From: an uncultured virus (IMG/VR IMGVR_UViG_3300017931_000006)
Lineage: Duplodnaviria; Heunggongvirae; Uroviricota; Caudoviricetes; Crassvirales
DNA: 64,000 bases
Reading direction: 5' to 3' (one strand)
Virus record (IMG/VR): IMGVR_UViG_3300017931_000006
The position numbers were made by a program, and so were the translations under genes. Below, piece by piece: positions 17,176 through 27,375 of the stretch. The stretch's first letter is position 1. Every line of letters starts with the position of its first letter. The notes beneath the pieces were generated by a model. It was not told where the DNA came from, ran no database searches, and worked only from the letters and a program-made list of their open reading frames with translations.

Positions 17176-17894
17176 TTCTTAATTGCTTGTGTATATGTGG
17201 ATCTCAGGGCGTCAAGAAACTCCTCTGCGGTGAATCCATTATCCATGCGTTCATATTCATCCCTGAAAATAACAAAATCTTGCCTTGCTTGTTGAATTTT
17301 ATTCTGGGGCCATGTTTTTACCATGTCGTAATCCATGTATACCCAATGCAGATACTTTCTCAGTAATTTGACCATGGCTTGCGGGATATAAGTCTGCCCT
17401 GTTGCACTTATACCCGAAGAGATGTACTGAAGTATCACCGTTCTTCCAATTCCGTCTCCCTGAAAGAATATCCTATGTGTTTTTTTATCTGACCGATAGT
17501 ACATGAAATTATGGCCCCCGGTAGCTCCGTAGGCGGCAACCCAACAGTCATTCTCGATATTGGAAAGCGGGCTCTGCTGATCATCCTTCCCACAGACCAT
17601 GACTATATTGCTGCTTATTTTTTCATTAAGCGTTAGTGTATGAATCTCATTGCCTGCCGGGGTTCCTATCCTGACATAATCTACGAAGTCTGTAGGCCAA
17701 GGTATGCTATTAAGCTTGTCAATGGTCAGCCTAGCTTCTTTAAATAGGCTTGTTGAGTTTATATTAAGGTCTGCATAATTCTCTGCCACTATCTTCAGAA
17801 ACCTTCTCCTGTTAGCCAAAGAATAGATCCCTGTAGCATTCATAAATGAATCTACCACGGAGACAATAGGGACAAATGCAGCAGTGTCTTTCAT
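17172..17894 (-). CDS. Tail ring / tail tubular-like protein
   Basis: PTDFVDYVRIG and ILQYIS.G motifs resemble crAss-like ring proteins; synteny. Confidence 0.65.
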   Translation of the reverse strand: MKDTAAFVPIVSVVDSFMNATGIYSLANRRRFLKIVAENYADLNINSTSLFKEARLTIDKLNSIPWPTDFVDYVRIGTPAGNEIHTLTLNEKISSNIVMVCGKDDQQSPLSNIENDCWVAAYGATGGHNFMYYRSDKKTHRIFFQGDGIGRTVILQYISSGISATGQTYIPQAMVKLLRKYLHWVYMDYDMVKTWPQNKIQQARQDFVIFRDEYERMDNGFTAEEFLDALRSTYTQAIKN

Positions 17895-18445
17895 GGCTTA
17901 ATATTTTCAGGTGGTGTTCCTTCTATAAACTTGGCGACGGCAGAGATCAGTGCGTCGTCCTGCCCCAGAGGGATATAAATATAATCCTCCATGTCGTATT
18001 CTTCGAATGGAATAACCAGATCCATCCTCACCCTGTCTACTCCCGGGGCTTTTTCAAATATTATCCTATCGTTGCCTACCGAATAACCCACAGTAGGATC
18101 AAAAACCTCAATCATGCCATCAAACACCGGCACACTGTCTTTCTGAACCGGAACAAAATCGATTGCATGACCCTTTAATTTCCTAACCCTTCTTACTCCT
18201 TCTGCGTGATCAGGCAACTGGCATATCTGTTTTGGAAGCATGCAGTAGAACTCGTCTGTGTCAGTGTTTTGTTGGACGTCAGCCACAAGGTCCTGTTTGC
18301 AATAAAGATCGAAATTAGATGGATCAGATTTAAAAGCTGCATACATTATCTCATTGAAGCCCCTGCCGCACCACATCTCAATATCGCCCGGGTCCTGATT
18401 AGGCCAGCGCTTCATGCAAATTTCTATCAAATCCACCTTTTTCAC
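17891..18445 (-). CDS. Tail ring-like structural protein
   Basis: Synteny, overlapping start/stop, size. Confidence 0.55.
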   Translation of the reverse strand: MKKVDLIEICMKRWPNQDPGDIEMWCGRGFNEIMYAAFKSDPSNFDLYCKQDLVADVQQNTDTDEFYCMLPKQICQLPDHAEGVRRVRKLKGHAIDFVPVQKDSVPVFDGMIEVFDPTVGYSVGNDRIIFEKAPGVDRVRMDLVIPFEEYDMEDYIYIPLGQDDALISAVAKFIEGTPPENIKP

Positions 18446-19236
18446 TTTTCTTGATGTTCAGTCCATTGGACTATTTCAGGCGAGCGTAAATTAACTCCCA
18501 GTTTTTCAAGTACGGCATTGGCCATGTGAACGTGCATTGTATCTTCCCATTCTAGCTCTTGCGTCTTTGAGGTATAAGTAGAAAGCTTACTGAAGTCATC
18601 ACGGCTTACGCTAGTGACCATAAGTGAGCCGTTCTCATCAAACAAGCAAAACACTTTTAATGATGGATTCCACTGTACATAACTGCCAACTGGCATAAAA
18701 ACCTCGTTGTCATTAGAATCCAAACACCAGTCATAATAGGGAGTCTTAGGAATTCTGAGGTAGGTTAGTGTTGCCCCCTTGACATCATTGGGGATGAATT
18801 CAAACATACCCGGGCCTTCGAATACCAGAGGTCTCCCGTCGGGATCTCCATTAAGAAGACCCCGGCGAAATTTATTGATCTCTGTGTATGGCCTCAAATC
18901 GGCTGGCTTATCATCAATAATCATTCCCATGAAATACCTGTAGTCCGAAGGGAAGGCTGCAAACCTGAAGGAGTAAACAGGACCTACTTCAGACACTAGG
19001 GTGAGATCGTAAATTGGCTCAATAAAGTCAGAGAGCTCCTGAAGCCTGAATATAATAGCCGACAGCGCCTCTTTTTGGGCCGCAGCCATGTCTTCAGCTA
19101 GCTTCCAGTAAGACTGGAATTTCTCGACGTTAACGACTTTTATTTGAACATTGAATTGATCGATGTCAAAACCGTTGCCGTTTTCATCTTTGTTGGAGAC
19201 ATCCCGACAGTATTGAACGAATTCCCGGATGGTCAT
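18442..19236 (-). CDS. Tail ring / tail tubular (gp4-like) protein
   Basis: FPSDYRY, LTYLRIPKTP, ELEW motifs; paralogous to 20015..20704 (LPDDYYY, VYLKTPERP, ELNW). Confidence 0.7.
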   Translation of the reverse strand: MTIREFVQYCRDVSNKDENGNGFDIDQFNVQIKVVNVEKFQSYWKLAEDMAAAQKEALSAIIFRLQELSDFIEPIYDLTLVSEVGPVYSFRFAAFPSDYRYFMGMIIDDKPADLRPYTEINKFRRGLLNGDPDGRPLVFEGPGMFEFIPNDVKGATLTYLRIPKTPYYDWCLDSNDNEVFMPVGSYVQWNPSLKVFCLFDENGSLMVTSVSRDDFSKLSTYTSKTQELEWEDTMHVHMANAVLEKLGVNLRSPEIVQWTEHQEK

Positions 19237-20006
19237 TAGTCGTTGGCATTAATCCTGATATAACTAAATGCCAGCCCAGAGGTTGTTCCAGCAGCCCTCA
19301 TAACAATCAAGGAGTCTGTCTTTATATAATAACTACATAAGTCTCCGGCAACAGGAAGGGTGCTACCATTTGTGGCTATAGGCGTAATGGAATAAACATC
19401 ATGTATTGAATCTATTCCACTAACATAAATAGCCTTTCTTGTGGCAGTTGTATCAAATGCACTTTTCCCCATGCCATTATCGCAATGAATAAGGCCCATT
19501 ATCCAGATCTCATTTACCAACTCTGTACCTTTCAGGTATAAATCCCTCCAATAGAGACTTCCACTCCCTAGATCGTATAAGCTATCCCTAATGGGGACAA
19601 GGGCGCCTCTGACACCCTCAGTCGCTAACGTATCTGCTACAATATAGTCTGCTATTACATATTTCACCCATATCTGTAGCCACTGATAAGTTGGACTCCC
19701 CAGATTGTATATGGTATCAATCGAAGGGATGATGTCAGAAGCCACGGCTAACGGAGTAAGGTTGAGTGCGTATACGGGAGTTAGTTTATCTCCTGCTACG
19801 GCAGTTAATATAGTCTCCTGCGTGCCGACAACAGAATCTACAATATAAATCGTAGCCGCCAGTTTGTTGATAATAAGATCTCCGGGTTGACATACCACTG
19901 GAAATTTATCAGAAGTCCCTGAGACTTCGTGGATCTTTGTTACTCGTTCTGCGTAAGTTCCTGCAAAGAAAAGCAGGAAGGCAAACATTAAAGCGATTTT
20001 TTTCAT
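19236..20006 (-). CDS. Signal-peptide-bearing protein with fibre-like repeats, between ring genes
   Basis: MKKIALMFAFLLFFAGTYA Sec-type signal; duplicated YNLGSPTYQW / YDLGSGSLYW motif. Confidence 0.6.
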   Translation of the reverse strand: MKKIALMFAFLLFFAGTYAERVTKIHEVSGTSDKFPVVCQPGDLIINKLAATIYIVDSVVGTQETILTAVAGDKLTPVYALNLTPLAVASDIIPSIDTIYNLGSPTYQWLQIWVKYVIADYIVADTLATEGVRGALVPIRDSLYDLGSGSLYWRDLYLKGTELVNEIWIMGLIHCDNGMGKSAFDTTATRKAIYVSGIDSIHDVYSITPIATNGSTLPVAGDLCSYYIKTDSLIVMRAAGTTSGLAFSYIRINAND

Positions 20007-20014
20007 AGTTTTGA

Positions 20015-20704
20015 TTATTGACCTGTTACTTTTTCTTGGTTTGTGATGTTAATTAAATCTGCACTGGCGACGCTAACCCCGATTTCCGCGAGGGCAATCA
20101 CCATGATATTGATTAGATTGGCGTCGTCCCAGTTGAGCTCAGTGGATTCCGATGGGACATATTCTGCAAATCCACGATCATATTTCAATCCATATACCGG
20201 GCGCTCCGGGGTTTTCAAATAAACAAAATGAGAATATCTGAAATCCGGAGGCGCAAACCGGATCTTCCCACCAAGGATATTCCCTATCGGGAAATATTTA
20301 TTCGGTAGTCTGGCCGAAGACCCTACCTTCTCCGCAAACTCCTTATCGGATACTATTCTAACATTCCTGTATTTTATCTTATCTCCATTGATCAGCTTAA
20401 TTGTCAGTGCAGATGGATAGTAGTAATCATCAGGAAGTTTAGCATATCCAGCATTGTTTATCATCAGGTCTTTCTCGGACTTAAACTGTTGGATGTCGGT
20501 AGTTATCCTTATATTTTCTTCAAAGAACACACTTGGCATTGGCTGTCCGGGTTTGTATTCCTCAGTCAGCCCAATGAGCTTGTTAAAATGCTTCATCTGG
20601 CTCAGATGAAGAAGTTTTTCCAATTCTCCTTTGGACAAAGTATAACCGGGGAATTTCTTTCCCAACCAGAACGACAGGGTGTAGTTTACGTCTCCTAAGT
20701 GCAT
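20015..20704 (-). CDS. Tail ring / tail tubular (gp4-like) protein
   Basis: Paralog of 18442..19236; synteny. Confidence 0.7.
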   Translation of the reverse strand: MHLGDVNYTLSFWLGKKFPGYTLSKGELEKLLHLSQMKHFNKLIGLTEEYKPGQPMPSVFFEENIRITTDIQQFKSEKDLMINNAGYAKLPDDYYYPSALTIKLINGDKIKYRNVRIVSDKEFAEKVGSSARLPNKYFPIGNILGGKIRFAPPDFRYSHFVYLKTPERPVYGLKYDRGFAEYVPSESTELNWDDANLINIMVIALAEIGVSVASADLINITNQEKVTGQ

Positions 20705-20720
20705 TCAAAAAGTATTTTGC

Positions 20721-20752
20721 TAAAAATACAAAACAGAAGTGCCCTATGTCAA
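20721..20752 (-). promoter_or_regulatory. Bacteroidota sigma-A-type promoter
   Basis: TTGAC-N19-TATTTTTA upstream of the ring gene. Confidence 0.55.
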
Positions 20753-22134
20753 CCCTCTTTGATCATCTTTTTAATTATTTCCTTCCCTAGGGGACCGGTA
20801 TAATGATAAAGCATCGCAGTCTCACTTTCTCCCTGTAGTCTCAACCAATTATAAATCTGGGGTAATACAGTATAATTTTTTTCGATATTATCAAGACAAT
20901 CCTGATCACCATGGTAAAGCGTGTGGTTATTCAACACCTTCTCAGCCCACCTGTCTACGATCATATCCCCGTAGGTATATAAAACTACTCCGGAATTAAC
21001 GGGATCTTTGACGGTAGTGAAATTGGTCTGGATATCTTTGGCAACACAAAATCCTTTATAATCTTCAAATAACTCGAACACACTACCTCTTACTTCTACA
21101 TCGAGATCCATGAAAAGCGTTCTCTTGAACTGGGTCATCTTCAATGCGAAGGGCTTTTTAAACCAATTCTGGAGATGAAGCTCTGGCATCTTGGTGTAGC
21201 TTCCCCGGGCCTTACAATACCTTGCAGCGCTCTCACTCATGCCTATATCTACAAACTGAATAGGCAGATGGTTGTGATCAGTGTAGTTGTTGTACCACCA
21301 ATCTAGAAGCCATTCCTGATCTTTGTCACACATGACCATGACTCCTCTTTCGCGTATAGGAGGATTCCAGACGATCTTCTTAGCTAGCGCCATATTCTCA
21401 TCAGTGTCGAGAGCATGTTTTACCTTGTCGATATCCCCTACCTTCTTCTTACTGTCTTCCAGCGCCATCTTCAGGTCTAGGTAAGGCATGAATTTATTAA
21501 TAGGGGACCCGTCTGTACATGACACGCATTCAACACCAAATTCTTTCCCCATCCTCGTAAACTCCTCAAGGAAACATTCTTGTTGTTTATAAAGAGTCTG
21601 ATTATAAATACGCTGATCATCCGATAATTTGCGGTCATCCCAATAATCCCGGTTCCCCCCGAGATCACAGCCTACAAAATGTATCTTCTTGGCGCCCATC
21701 CATAGCATTACATGAAGGATGGCCCCAAGAGAATGATTAAACCAAGCAAAATAAATCTCGTCCTTATTCAAGAGAAACATATCCCTAATTCCCTTCTCGG
21801 GCTTCTCAATATCAGCGAAGTACACCTGTGGATAATCCCTCAAGTGCATATCCCTATAATCGAGTTTCCAGTAGCTCCCCCTGAATATTTTTGGAAACGA
21901 CTCCCATAAAAGTCTAGCGTCATAACACTCAGGCTTATCCATGCCAAGCCAGATATTAGGCTTTACTTTAGGATAAGCGGTGTTGATTGCGAAGGCGGTT
22001 GTGCCTTCTATTCTTACGTCAAAATCAACCATGGCCAGCGAGGGGCCGGGAAGATAAAGGTAAGCGTCCGTCTTTAAATACTCTCTCCTAAAAGTTATCT
22101 TTGACGGATCTGGGTTATAATACCACAGTGCCAT
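20749..22134 (-). CDS. Two-domain glycosyltransferase: N-terminal DUF115/Maf-like domain plus C-terminal GT-A (GT8-like) domain
   Basis: LPGPSL, AIN, MGAKKIHFVGCDL in the N half; WFKKPFAL, FMDLDVEV (DxD), NSGVV, GDQD, YNW, HYTG in the C half. Confidence 0.75.
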   Translation of the reverse strand: MALWYYNPDPSKITFRREYLKTDAYLYLPGPSLAMVDFDVRIEGTTAFAINTAYPKVKPNIWLGMDKPECYDARLLWESFPKIFRGSYWKLDYRDMHLRDYPQVYFADIEKPEKGIRDMFLLNKDEIYFAWFNHSLGAILHVMLWMGAKKIHFVGCDLGGNRDYWDDRKLSDDQRIYNQTLYKQQECFLEEFTRMGKEFGVECVSCTDGSPINKFMPYLDLKMALEDSKKKVGDIDKVKHALDTDENMALAKKIVWNPPIRERGVMVMCDKDQEWLLDWWYNNYTDHNHLPIQFVDIGMSESAARYCKARGSYTKMPELHLQNWFKKPFALKMTQFKRTLFMDLDVEVRGSVFELFEDYKGFCVAKDIQTNFTTVKDPVNSGVVLYTYGDMIVDRWAEKVLNNHTLYHGDQDCLDNIEKNYTVLPQIYNWLRLQGESETAMLYHYTGPLGKEIIKKMIKEG

Positions 22135-23789
22135 TATGCCGAAAGTGTTCCTATAAGTCTGTAATCAGTGTAATCGTTTGTATTAATAGCAATATAAACT
22201 TGCCTTGTGACTGTATTGATCCATTGAGCGCCAATGCAGGGAGGCGTGTTTCCGAGACCGGGTGCAACGTCGGATTTAGTAACAGGGATTATACCCGGAG
22301 GTCCTGTTGGTCCTGTGACTCTACTAGCTGGGCCTGTGGGGCCAGTCTTCACTGGGCCGGTTGGTCCTGTCTTTATAGGAGCCATGGCGCCGGTTATCCC
22401 TATCCCTACAGGTCCCGTTGGGCCTGTTTTTATCGGTCCAGTAGGACCCGTAATACCACCAACATCCTTCAGAGGCACCCAAACACCACCGACTTTTATC
22501 CAAATCGTTACTAAAATCCTAGCTGCTGGAGGTTGAAAATCGAAAGCCAAATCACCGTCTGACCCCAAGGAATTAGGGGGTATCCCCTCCCCTGTCCTGT
22601 TATATGCTTGTGTTCCTCTTGCCCCCGGGGGGCCTGTAACTATAGGAGCTGGGGGACCCGTAGGACCTGTCCTTTCTGGTCCTGTAGGACCTGTTGATCC
22701 ACGGCCAGTAGGACCCGTATGGCCTTCTGGGCCGGTCCCAGATCCCCCGCCGGGAGAGTTGATAGTGACATTGACCACGTATCCCTGATAAGGGACTACA
22801 GGCGTTGGTATATCATCGGTACGGTCAAATTCACAATCAGAACCAACTATTCTGGAAATTTCTTCTGGGAAATTTTCATAATTAGCTCCACATTCCCGGG
22901 CCATTTCGTACTTCATCCACGCCTCGAGGACCTTAGTGACTTTGACATGCAGCTCGTAGGCGTCATCAGGACGACCTTCCCTCATCGCCTTTTCCCACGA
23001 TTCCTCAAGGGTTTCTATACACTTACGGACCTGACAGACATAATCCTTGCAGTTAACCGTGATCTTTTTGTACCCAGCGGCAACATAAGAAATTTCAATC
23101 CAGTTAACAGTCCCCCAGTTCTGTAGTTTGTATAACAAAGTGTCTGTGATAGTGGTCTGATAGACTCCATTCCAGATCTGTTTTGTAGGATCTGTCATGT
23201 CACCACCTATTACTCTTTCGTCGCTCAGGGTAGTAGTTGTAGTTGCCCCGGGAGGAGGATTCATACCTCCTCCGTCGGGCTGTGCAATTTCGTGGACTCT
23301 GGAGACAGTTGGGATAATCTTGTTAACTATAAGATTAGAGGCGTCCTTGCTACTCAGCGTTCCCCTTAGCCGGTCAACTTTATGTCTTATGATTAATTCA
23401 GGAACGTCAAAGTCGAAGTTATATGGTTTCTCAATAGAGTAAACATTACCTCCGTTGGTTATCTTATACCCGAAAAGATATGCCCCTTTTACAAAATGCC
23501 CATTTGCGTCTACCGGCAGCAATATACCATTAGGAGCGTTTGCAAACGACCACGCCCCATTGATAATATCCGGGGAGCTAAAGTCGTCTGCGTCGTACCC
23601 CTCATTCTTGTACATCACATCATTAGAGGCCTGACATGCCACCATGACCATGATCTTGATATCGGATAACGTCATGCCATACATGGTGTTATATACGTCC
23701 TGAAGCAAATCCGTGATAGTGATTGCTCCGGCGTTCAAGTCATAATTGACCTTGAACCTGATGTCTGGGGTACTGAAAGGGACTGCCAT
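22134..23789 (-). CDS. Virion structural protein (tail hub-like) with C-terminal TGP/GPT repeats
   Basis: Many xxTGPTGP units near the C-terminus; downstream of the capsid genes. Confidence 0.6.
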   Translation of the reverse strand: MAVPFSTPDIRFKVNYDLNAGAITITDLLQDVYNTMYGMTLSDIKIMVMVACQASNDVMYKNEGYDADDFSSPDIINGAWSFANAPNGILLPVDANGHFVKGAYLFGYKITNGGNVYSIEKPYNFDFDVPELIIRHKVDRLRGTLSSKDASNLIVNKIIPTVSRVHEIAQPDGGGMNPPPGATTTTTLSDERVIGGDMTDPTKQIWNGVYQTTITDTLLYKLQNWGTVNWIEISYVAAGYKKITVNCKDYVCQVRKCIETLEESWEKAMREGRPDDAYELHVKVTKVLEAWMKYEMARECGANYENFPEEISRIVGSDCEFDRTDDIPTPVVPYQGYVVNVTINSPGGGSGTGPEGHTGPTGRGSTGPTGPERTGPTGPPAPIVTGPPGARGTQAYNRTGEGIPPNSLGSDGDLAFDFQPPAARILVTIWIKVGGVWVPLKDVGGITGPTGPIKTGPTGPVGIGITGAMAPIKTGPTGPVKTGPTGPASRVTGPTGPPGIIPVTKSDVAPGLGNTPPCIGAQWINTVTRQVYIAINTNDYTDYRLIGTLSA

Positions 23790-23790
23790 T

Positions 23791-24753
23791 TTATTCTTCT
23801 TGAGATACTAAGTTGTCTTCGATTAACTGTTCAAACATATCTCTCTCTTCCGGATGTTCTTTAAAGAAATTGGCAAGCATAGAATCGGCGTCTGCGGCTA
23901 ATGCGAATGAGGTTATCGTATTACCGGCAGCGGTCTGGTATTCCATCCTTCCCCCGACTTTATATGTCTTGATGAGTTTAAGCTCCTTGAGCTGACTGAC
24001 AAGGGCCATACATTTAGCGGCAGCATCGATGCCCCCGCTTGCTGGCATGATCTCAAAGAAGGACTTGATACGTTTGGCATCATAAACACCATCTTTTTGT
24101 TTAAGGAAGTAATTGCCAACCTTGAGCCTTACCTGCTCTTCTGATAATTCCTCAAGTCCTGCAAGGCCTACACTGCGACCAATGACCTTTACATCATCGA
24201 CAGCAAGCCGCGTGCCTTCCAGCCAGAGTTTCTCCTGAATCATGATGGAATCCTGAACCGTCTTCAAGGTGTTCCTTGCGTCAGATTTCTCATCATGGAT
24301 CATGTAATATAAATTCCTTTTGTCCCTAGGGACATCGTTCTGAAGATCCTTCAATTCATCTTTCAGCATACAATGTGGGCTGACAAAAACAAGAAAGAAC
24401 ACCTTCTCGGCATCATTCTTTAAATTGAATCTATCAATGTTTCCGGGCCAGTTATACCTTCTGGGGCCAAAAACCTCACGATTATTGTTGTCAAAATGCG
24501 ATTCTTCGTAATACTGAACATCGTATGTTGCACCATCTTTGGCTACATACTTCTGGCGGTATAGAGGCCAGCCTCCAGCAGAATATTCCGGGTCTCCATC
24601 TTGGTTTATTGATACCTTATGAGGAGCCGATATAAGGTGGATCGTAGGCATATCCAATGATTTCAATGCCTTCATACACTCATCCTGAATCTTTTTAAAA
24701 GGATTCGAAGTGTCATTTCTTTTGAGTAATTCTCCGTTGATTCTTAGTGGCAT
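23791..24753 (-). CDS. Morphogenesis-module protein following the major capsid gene
   Basis: 320-aa ORF; synteny only. Confidence 0.5.
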   Translation of the reverse strand: MPLRINGELLKRNDTSNPFKKIQDECMKALKSLDMPTIHLISAPHKVSINQDGDPEYSAGGWPLYRQKYVAKDGATYDVQYYEESHFDNNNREVFGPRRYNWPGNIDRFNLKNDAEKVFFLVFVSPHCMLKDELKDLQNDVPRDKRNLYYMIHDEKSDARNTLKTVQDSIMIQEKLWLEGTRLAVDDVKVIGRSVGLAGLEELSEEQVRLKVGNYFLKQKDGVYDAKRIKSFFEIMPASGGIDAAAKCMALVSQLKELKLIKTYKVGGRMEYQTAAGNTITSFALAADADSMLANFFKEHPEERDMFEQLIEDNLVSQEE

Positions 24754-24778
24754 GGTTGTTCTTTTTAATCTCCGTTAA

Positions 24779-24808
24779 TAAAAGAAGAGTGGAGGCGAAC
24801 CTCCACTC
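24779..24808 (-). terminator. Intrinsic terminator after the major capsid gene
   Basis: GAGTGGAGG-TTCG-CCTCCACTC followed by TTCTTTT on the minus strand. Confidence 0.75.
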
Positions 24809-24824
24809 GACCTGTGAATTATTA

Positions 24825-26243
24825 TTATGCTCCACGCATAATTACAGCGCGGTTCATTTTCAAAGCTTGAAGCCCTATGTGAGCTCTCAGGTAGTAAAGA
24901 CCTTCGTCATATTCGCCTTTGTACGGCTTGAAGGCATCACCTCCGGCTGCACCATCAGCCCATACTTCGAACCTTCTGGAGTAACCTCCCAAGGCCCTGT
25001 AACGAGCAGATATATTAGGCATATCTATACCGCTTTCCGGATCCCTGAAGGTCTCCAAAGCAGCAGCAATGACGTAATTAGGCATCTTGTATCCACTTGC
25101 GGAATATAAGGTAGGATCTGACCATGCAGGAACTTCTTTACGGATCCAACGGAACCCACCAAGGTTCAGGACCGTGAAGTTAACAGAGAGAGCAAGTTCC
25201 TGATTTCCACCGAACATCGTATTCACGACTGTGGTGTAGTCAGTTCCATTACCATCAATGTAATCCTTAGCCGCATTACGGATGTCGATAGCGACAGAAG
25301 GACCTTCGAACATGATGGCAGTCGCAGAAGTGACGCCCTGTTGTTTGAAATATAATCCTATTTCGTCAAGATCGGACAGGTTAAATGCGCCAATAGTGAT
25401 CGGCATTTCCTTACCTAATTTTGTGATCCAAGGAACTAATCCTTCAGTAGTCTTAACCACATTGGTTGCTCCACGGTGAGTAGTCTGTGTGATGTTATTG
25501 GTATTTGCTTTACCCCAAGTGAAAGCTCCGTCGATCTTACGATTCAGACGGTATTCGGCCATCATCAACCCCGGGTTATACCAGCCATTAAAATCTCTTC
25601 CGTCATCGATGGCGCGAGTCCATTCTTCGTTGACAAATTGAGTACCTTCCTGACCAATAGTTTCCGGTATGATCTGTGCTGTAAACTGACGCTTGGTTTT
25701 ACCAACTCTTACAGAATCAGGCTGACCCATACCAGCAGCTTTACCGCCAGAGAAGATGATCAACGTCTGGTTGAGCAAGTTACCAAGATTATCTGTGATC
25801 TCAAAAGGAGTAATAGTTATTGTATGAGCACCTGCATTAGTAGTATCCTTGGCAGAGATAAATGCAGAGATTTCTGTATTAGTCAACACAAATTCCCCAA
25901 CTCTCGGGAAGGAGGCTGTACCATTTAATTCATGTTCGGCAGCAGGTATAGTAATTGTAACAGAGGCTCCTGCGCCCGGAGAAGCTGTACTTACTGCATA
26001 AGCCGTGACTACCCTGTGGTAGCGGTTTTCTTCGTAAGCAAACCAATCATCATTGGATACAGGGGTTTCGCGCTCTAAAGCACGTAACACCTGATAAATG
26101 CCGTCAAATTGAATCCCAAAACGGGCTCCAACTTCTCTCCAGTATTGAGGCATTAAATAGTCGAAAATAGATACGACTTGTTCGTTTAGTATTCCAGCAC
26201 TGGCACCACTGCCAGCCTGAAAATCTGTTCCTTGTGCACCCAT
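24825..26243 (-). CDS. Major capsid protein (crAss-like)
   Basis: 472 aa; portal-scaffold-capsid order; WFAYEENRYH and TEGLVPWI motifs; strong terminator follows. Confidence 0.85.
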   Translation of the reverse strand: MGAQGTDFQAGSGASAGILNEQVVSIFDYLMPQYWREVGARFGIQFDGIYQVLRALERETPVSNDDWFAYEENRYHRVVTAYAVSTASPGAGASVTITIPAAEHELNGTASFPRVGEFVLTNTEISAFISAKDTTNAGAHTITITPFEITDNLGNLLNQTLIIFSGGKAAGMGQPDSVRVGKTKRQFTAQIIPETIGQEGTQFVNEEWTRAIDDGRDFNGWYNPGLMMAEYRLNRKIDGAFTWGKANTNNITQTTHRGATNVVKTTEGLVPWITKLGKEMPITIGAFNLSDLDEIGLYFKQQGVTSATAIMFEGPSVAIDIRNAAKDYIDGNGTDYTTVVNTMFGGNQELALSVNFTVLNLGGFRWIRKEVPAWSDPTLYSASGYKMPNYVIAAALETFRDPESGIDMPNISARYRALGGYSRRFEVWADGAAGGDAFKPYKGEYDEGLYYLRAHIGLQALKMNRAVIMRGA

Positions 26244-26261
26244 GGAAGTAGGTTATTAAGA

Positions 26262-27290
26262 TTATTGTTTCTTTTTCCTAGTGACCGCAGCGACAAAATC
26301 CTCTTGACTATTTACTGTCTTTCCCGGAGGAGTCGTTTTGCTTGCGGGACTAGCTGAGTTTAATACGAATCTGACATTCGCTTTATCCCTATTCTGGTAC
26401 GCCTGTTTTACAATAGCCGCAAGAATTTTCTTGTGGTTGTCTGCGAAATAAGCGCTTTCTATGTAATCCCTGACCTTCTGAGAGTTTTCGGGAGAATTTG
26501 GAAGTTTGTTAACTAGTACATAGAGCGCGGCTTTTTCCAGATACTTTTTCTGATCCTCTGGGGTCATCTCGATTTCAAAGGGAACCTTGCTGTTGTCTTC
26601 CAACGTAGCCTCCACAGTTAGTTTCTTGAGCCCTTGAGCTATCGGAACGAATTCAGGTTGCCAGCTCGTAGCAAGAGCAGTATTGTTAGCCTTCTCCGTT
26701 TGTCTGATCGTGTTAGGATCCGGAGGTACGATTTTGTCCAACCTGCTCTTGAAAGAACCTTTGATTCCTTCTACTTCAAGATCGAACTTCATCTTAGCCA
26801 CTTTATACTCTTTGCTATCCTTACTCACAGTCTCATCAAAGATGAGTGGATGAGTCGTTTCAAGAAAAAGCTGAACATCTTCAGGATGATCCTTGTACTG
26901 TGGATGATCCCGGACAAATCCAATTTTCCATAATTCCACCGGATCTGGGTTCCCGAAGGCGATCCTTTGGTATATGGGTGCTTCTTCTGGCGACTCTTCT
27001 TCTATCTTAGCGAGCTTGTAGAATAAAGGGTTTTTAAAGCCTGTCAAAGAACTTTCTTTACTTTTTAAATCCGTGAGTTCCTGAAGTAGAGCATCATGCT
27101 TTACTTTCCAATCCTCTACGGCGGGGCCTGTATGTATATCGGCGCCCGGGCCCGATGGTCCAGATGGAGCCGGACCTGATGGCTGTTCGTGCGACATAGG
27201 ATCTATCCCATGTAAAAACTTTGCAGCCTCCGCTGCTGTGTGTGTTTCAAACGTAACAGTCCTTTGTTGTTCTCCTTTGTTCTCTTCCAT
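26262..27290 (-). CDS. Putative scaffolding protein
   Basis: Charged helical protein between portal and capsid with disordered termini. Confidence 0.6.
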   Translation of the reverse strand: MEENKGEQQRTVTFETHTAAEAAKFLHGIDPMSHEQPSGPAPSGPSGPGADIHTGPAVEDWKVKHDALLQELTDLKSKESSLTGFKNPLFYKLAKIEEESPEEAPIYQRIAFGNPDPVELWKIGFVRDHPQYKDHPEDVQLFLETTHPLIFDETVSKDSKEYKVAKMKFDLEVEGIKGSFKSRLDKIVPPDPNTIRQTEKANNTALATSWQPEFVPIAQGLKKLTVEATLEDNSKVPFEIEMTPEDQKKYLEKAALYVLVNKLPNSPENSQKVRDYIESAYFADNHKKILAAIVKQAYQNRDKANVRFVLNSASPASKTTPPGKTVNSQEDFVAAVTRKKKQ

Positions 27291-27312
27291 GGTAAATAAA
27301 TTTTTGACTTGG

Positions 27313-27344
27313 CAAATCTACAATTTTAAACGATGCAATGTCAA
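27313..27344 (-). promoter_or_regulatory. Bacteroidota sigma-A-type promoter for scaffold/capsid
   Basis: TTGAC-N19-TAGATTTG; TTATTCACA just upstream (27350-27358). Confidence 0.75.
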
Positions 27345-27375
27345 GACGTTGTGAATAATTAATTAAAGTTTTACT

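Noticed and set aside
22290..22740. True collagen triple helix
   Set aside because: The Gly-X-Y register breaks every few residues (xxTGPTGP units); better described as TGP repeats.
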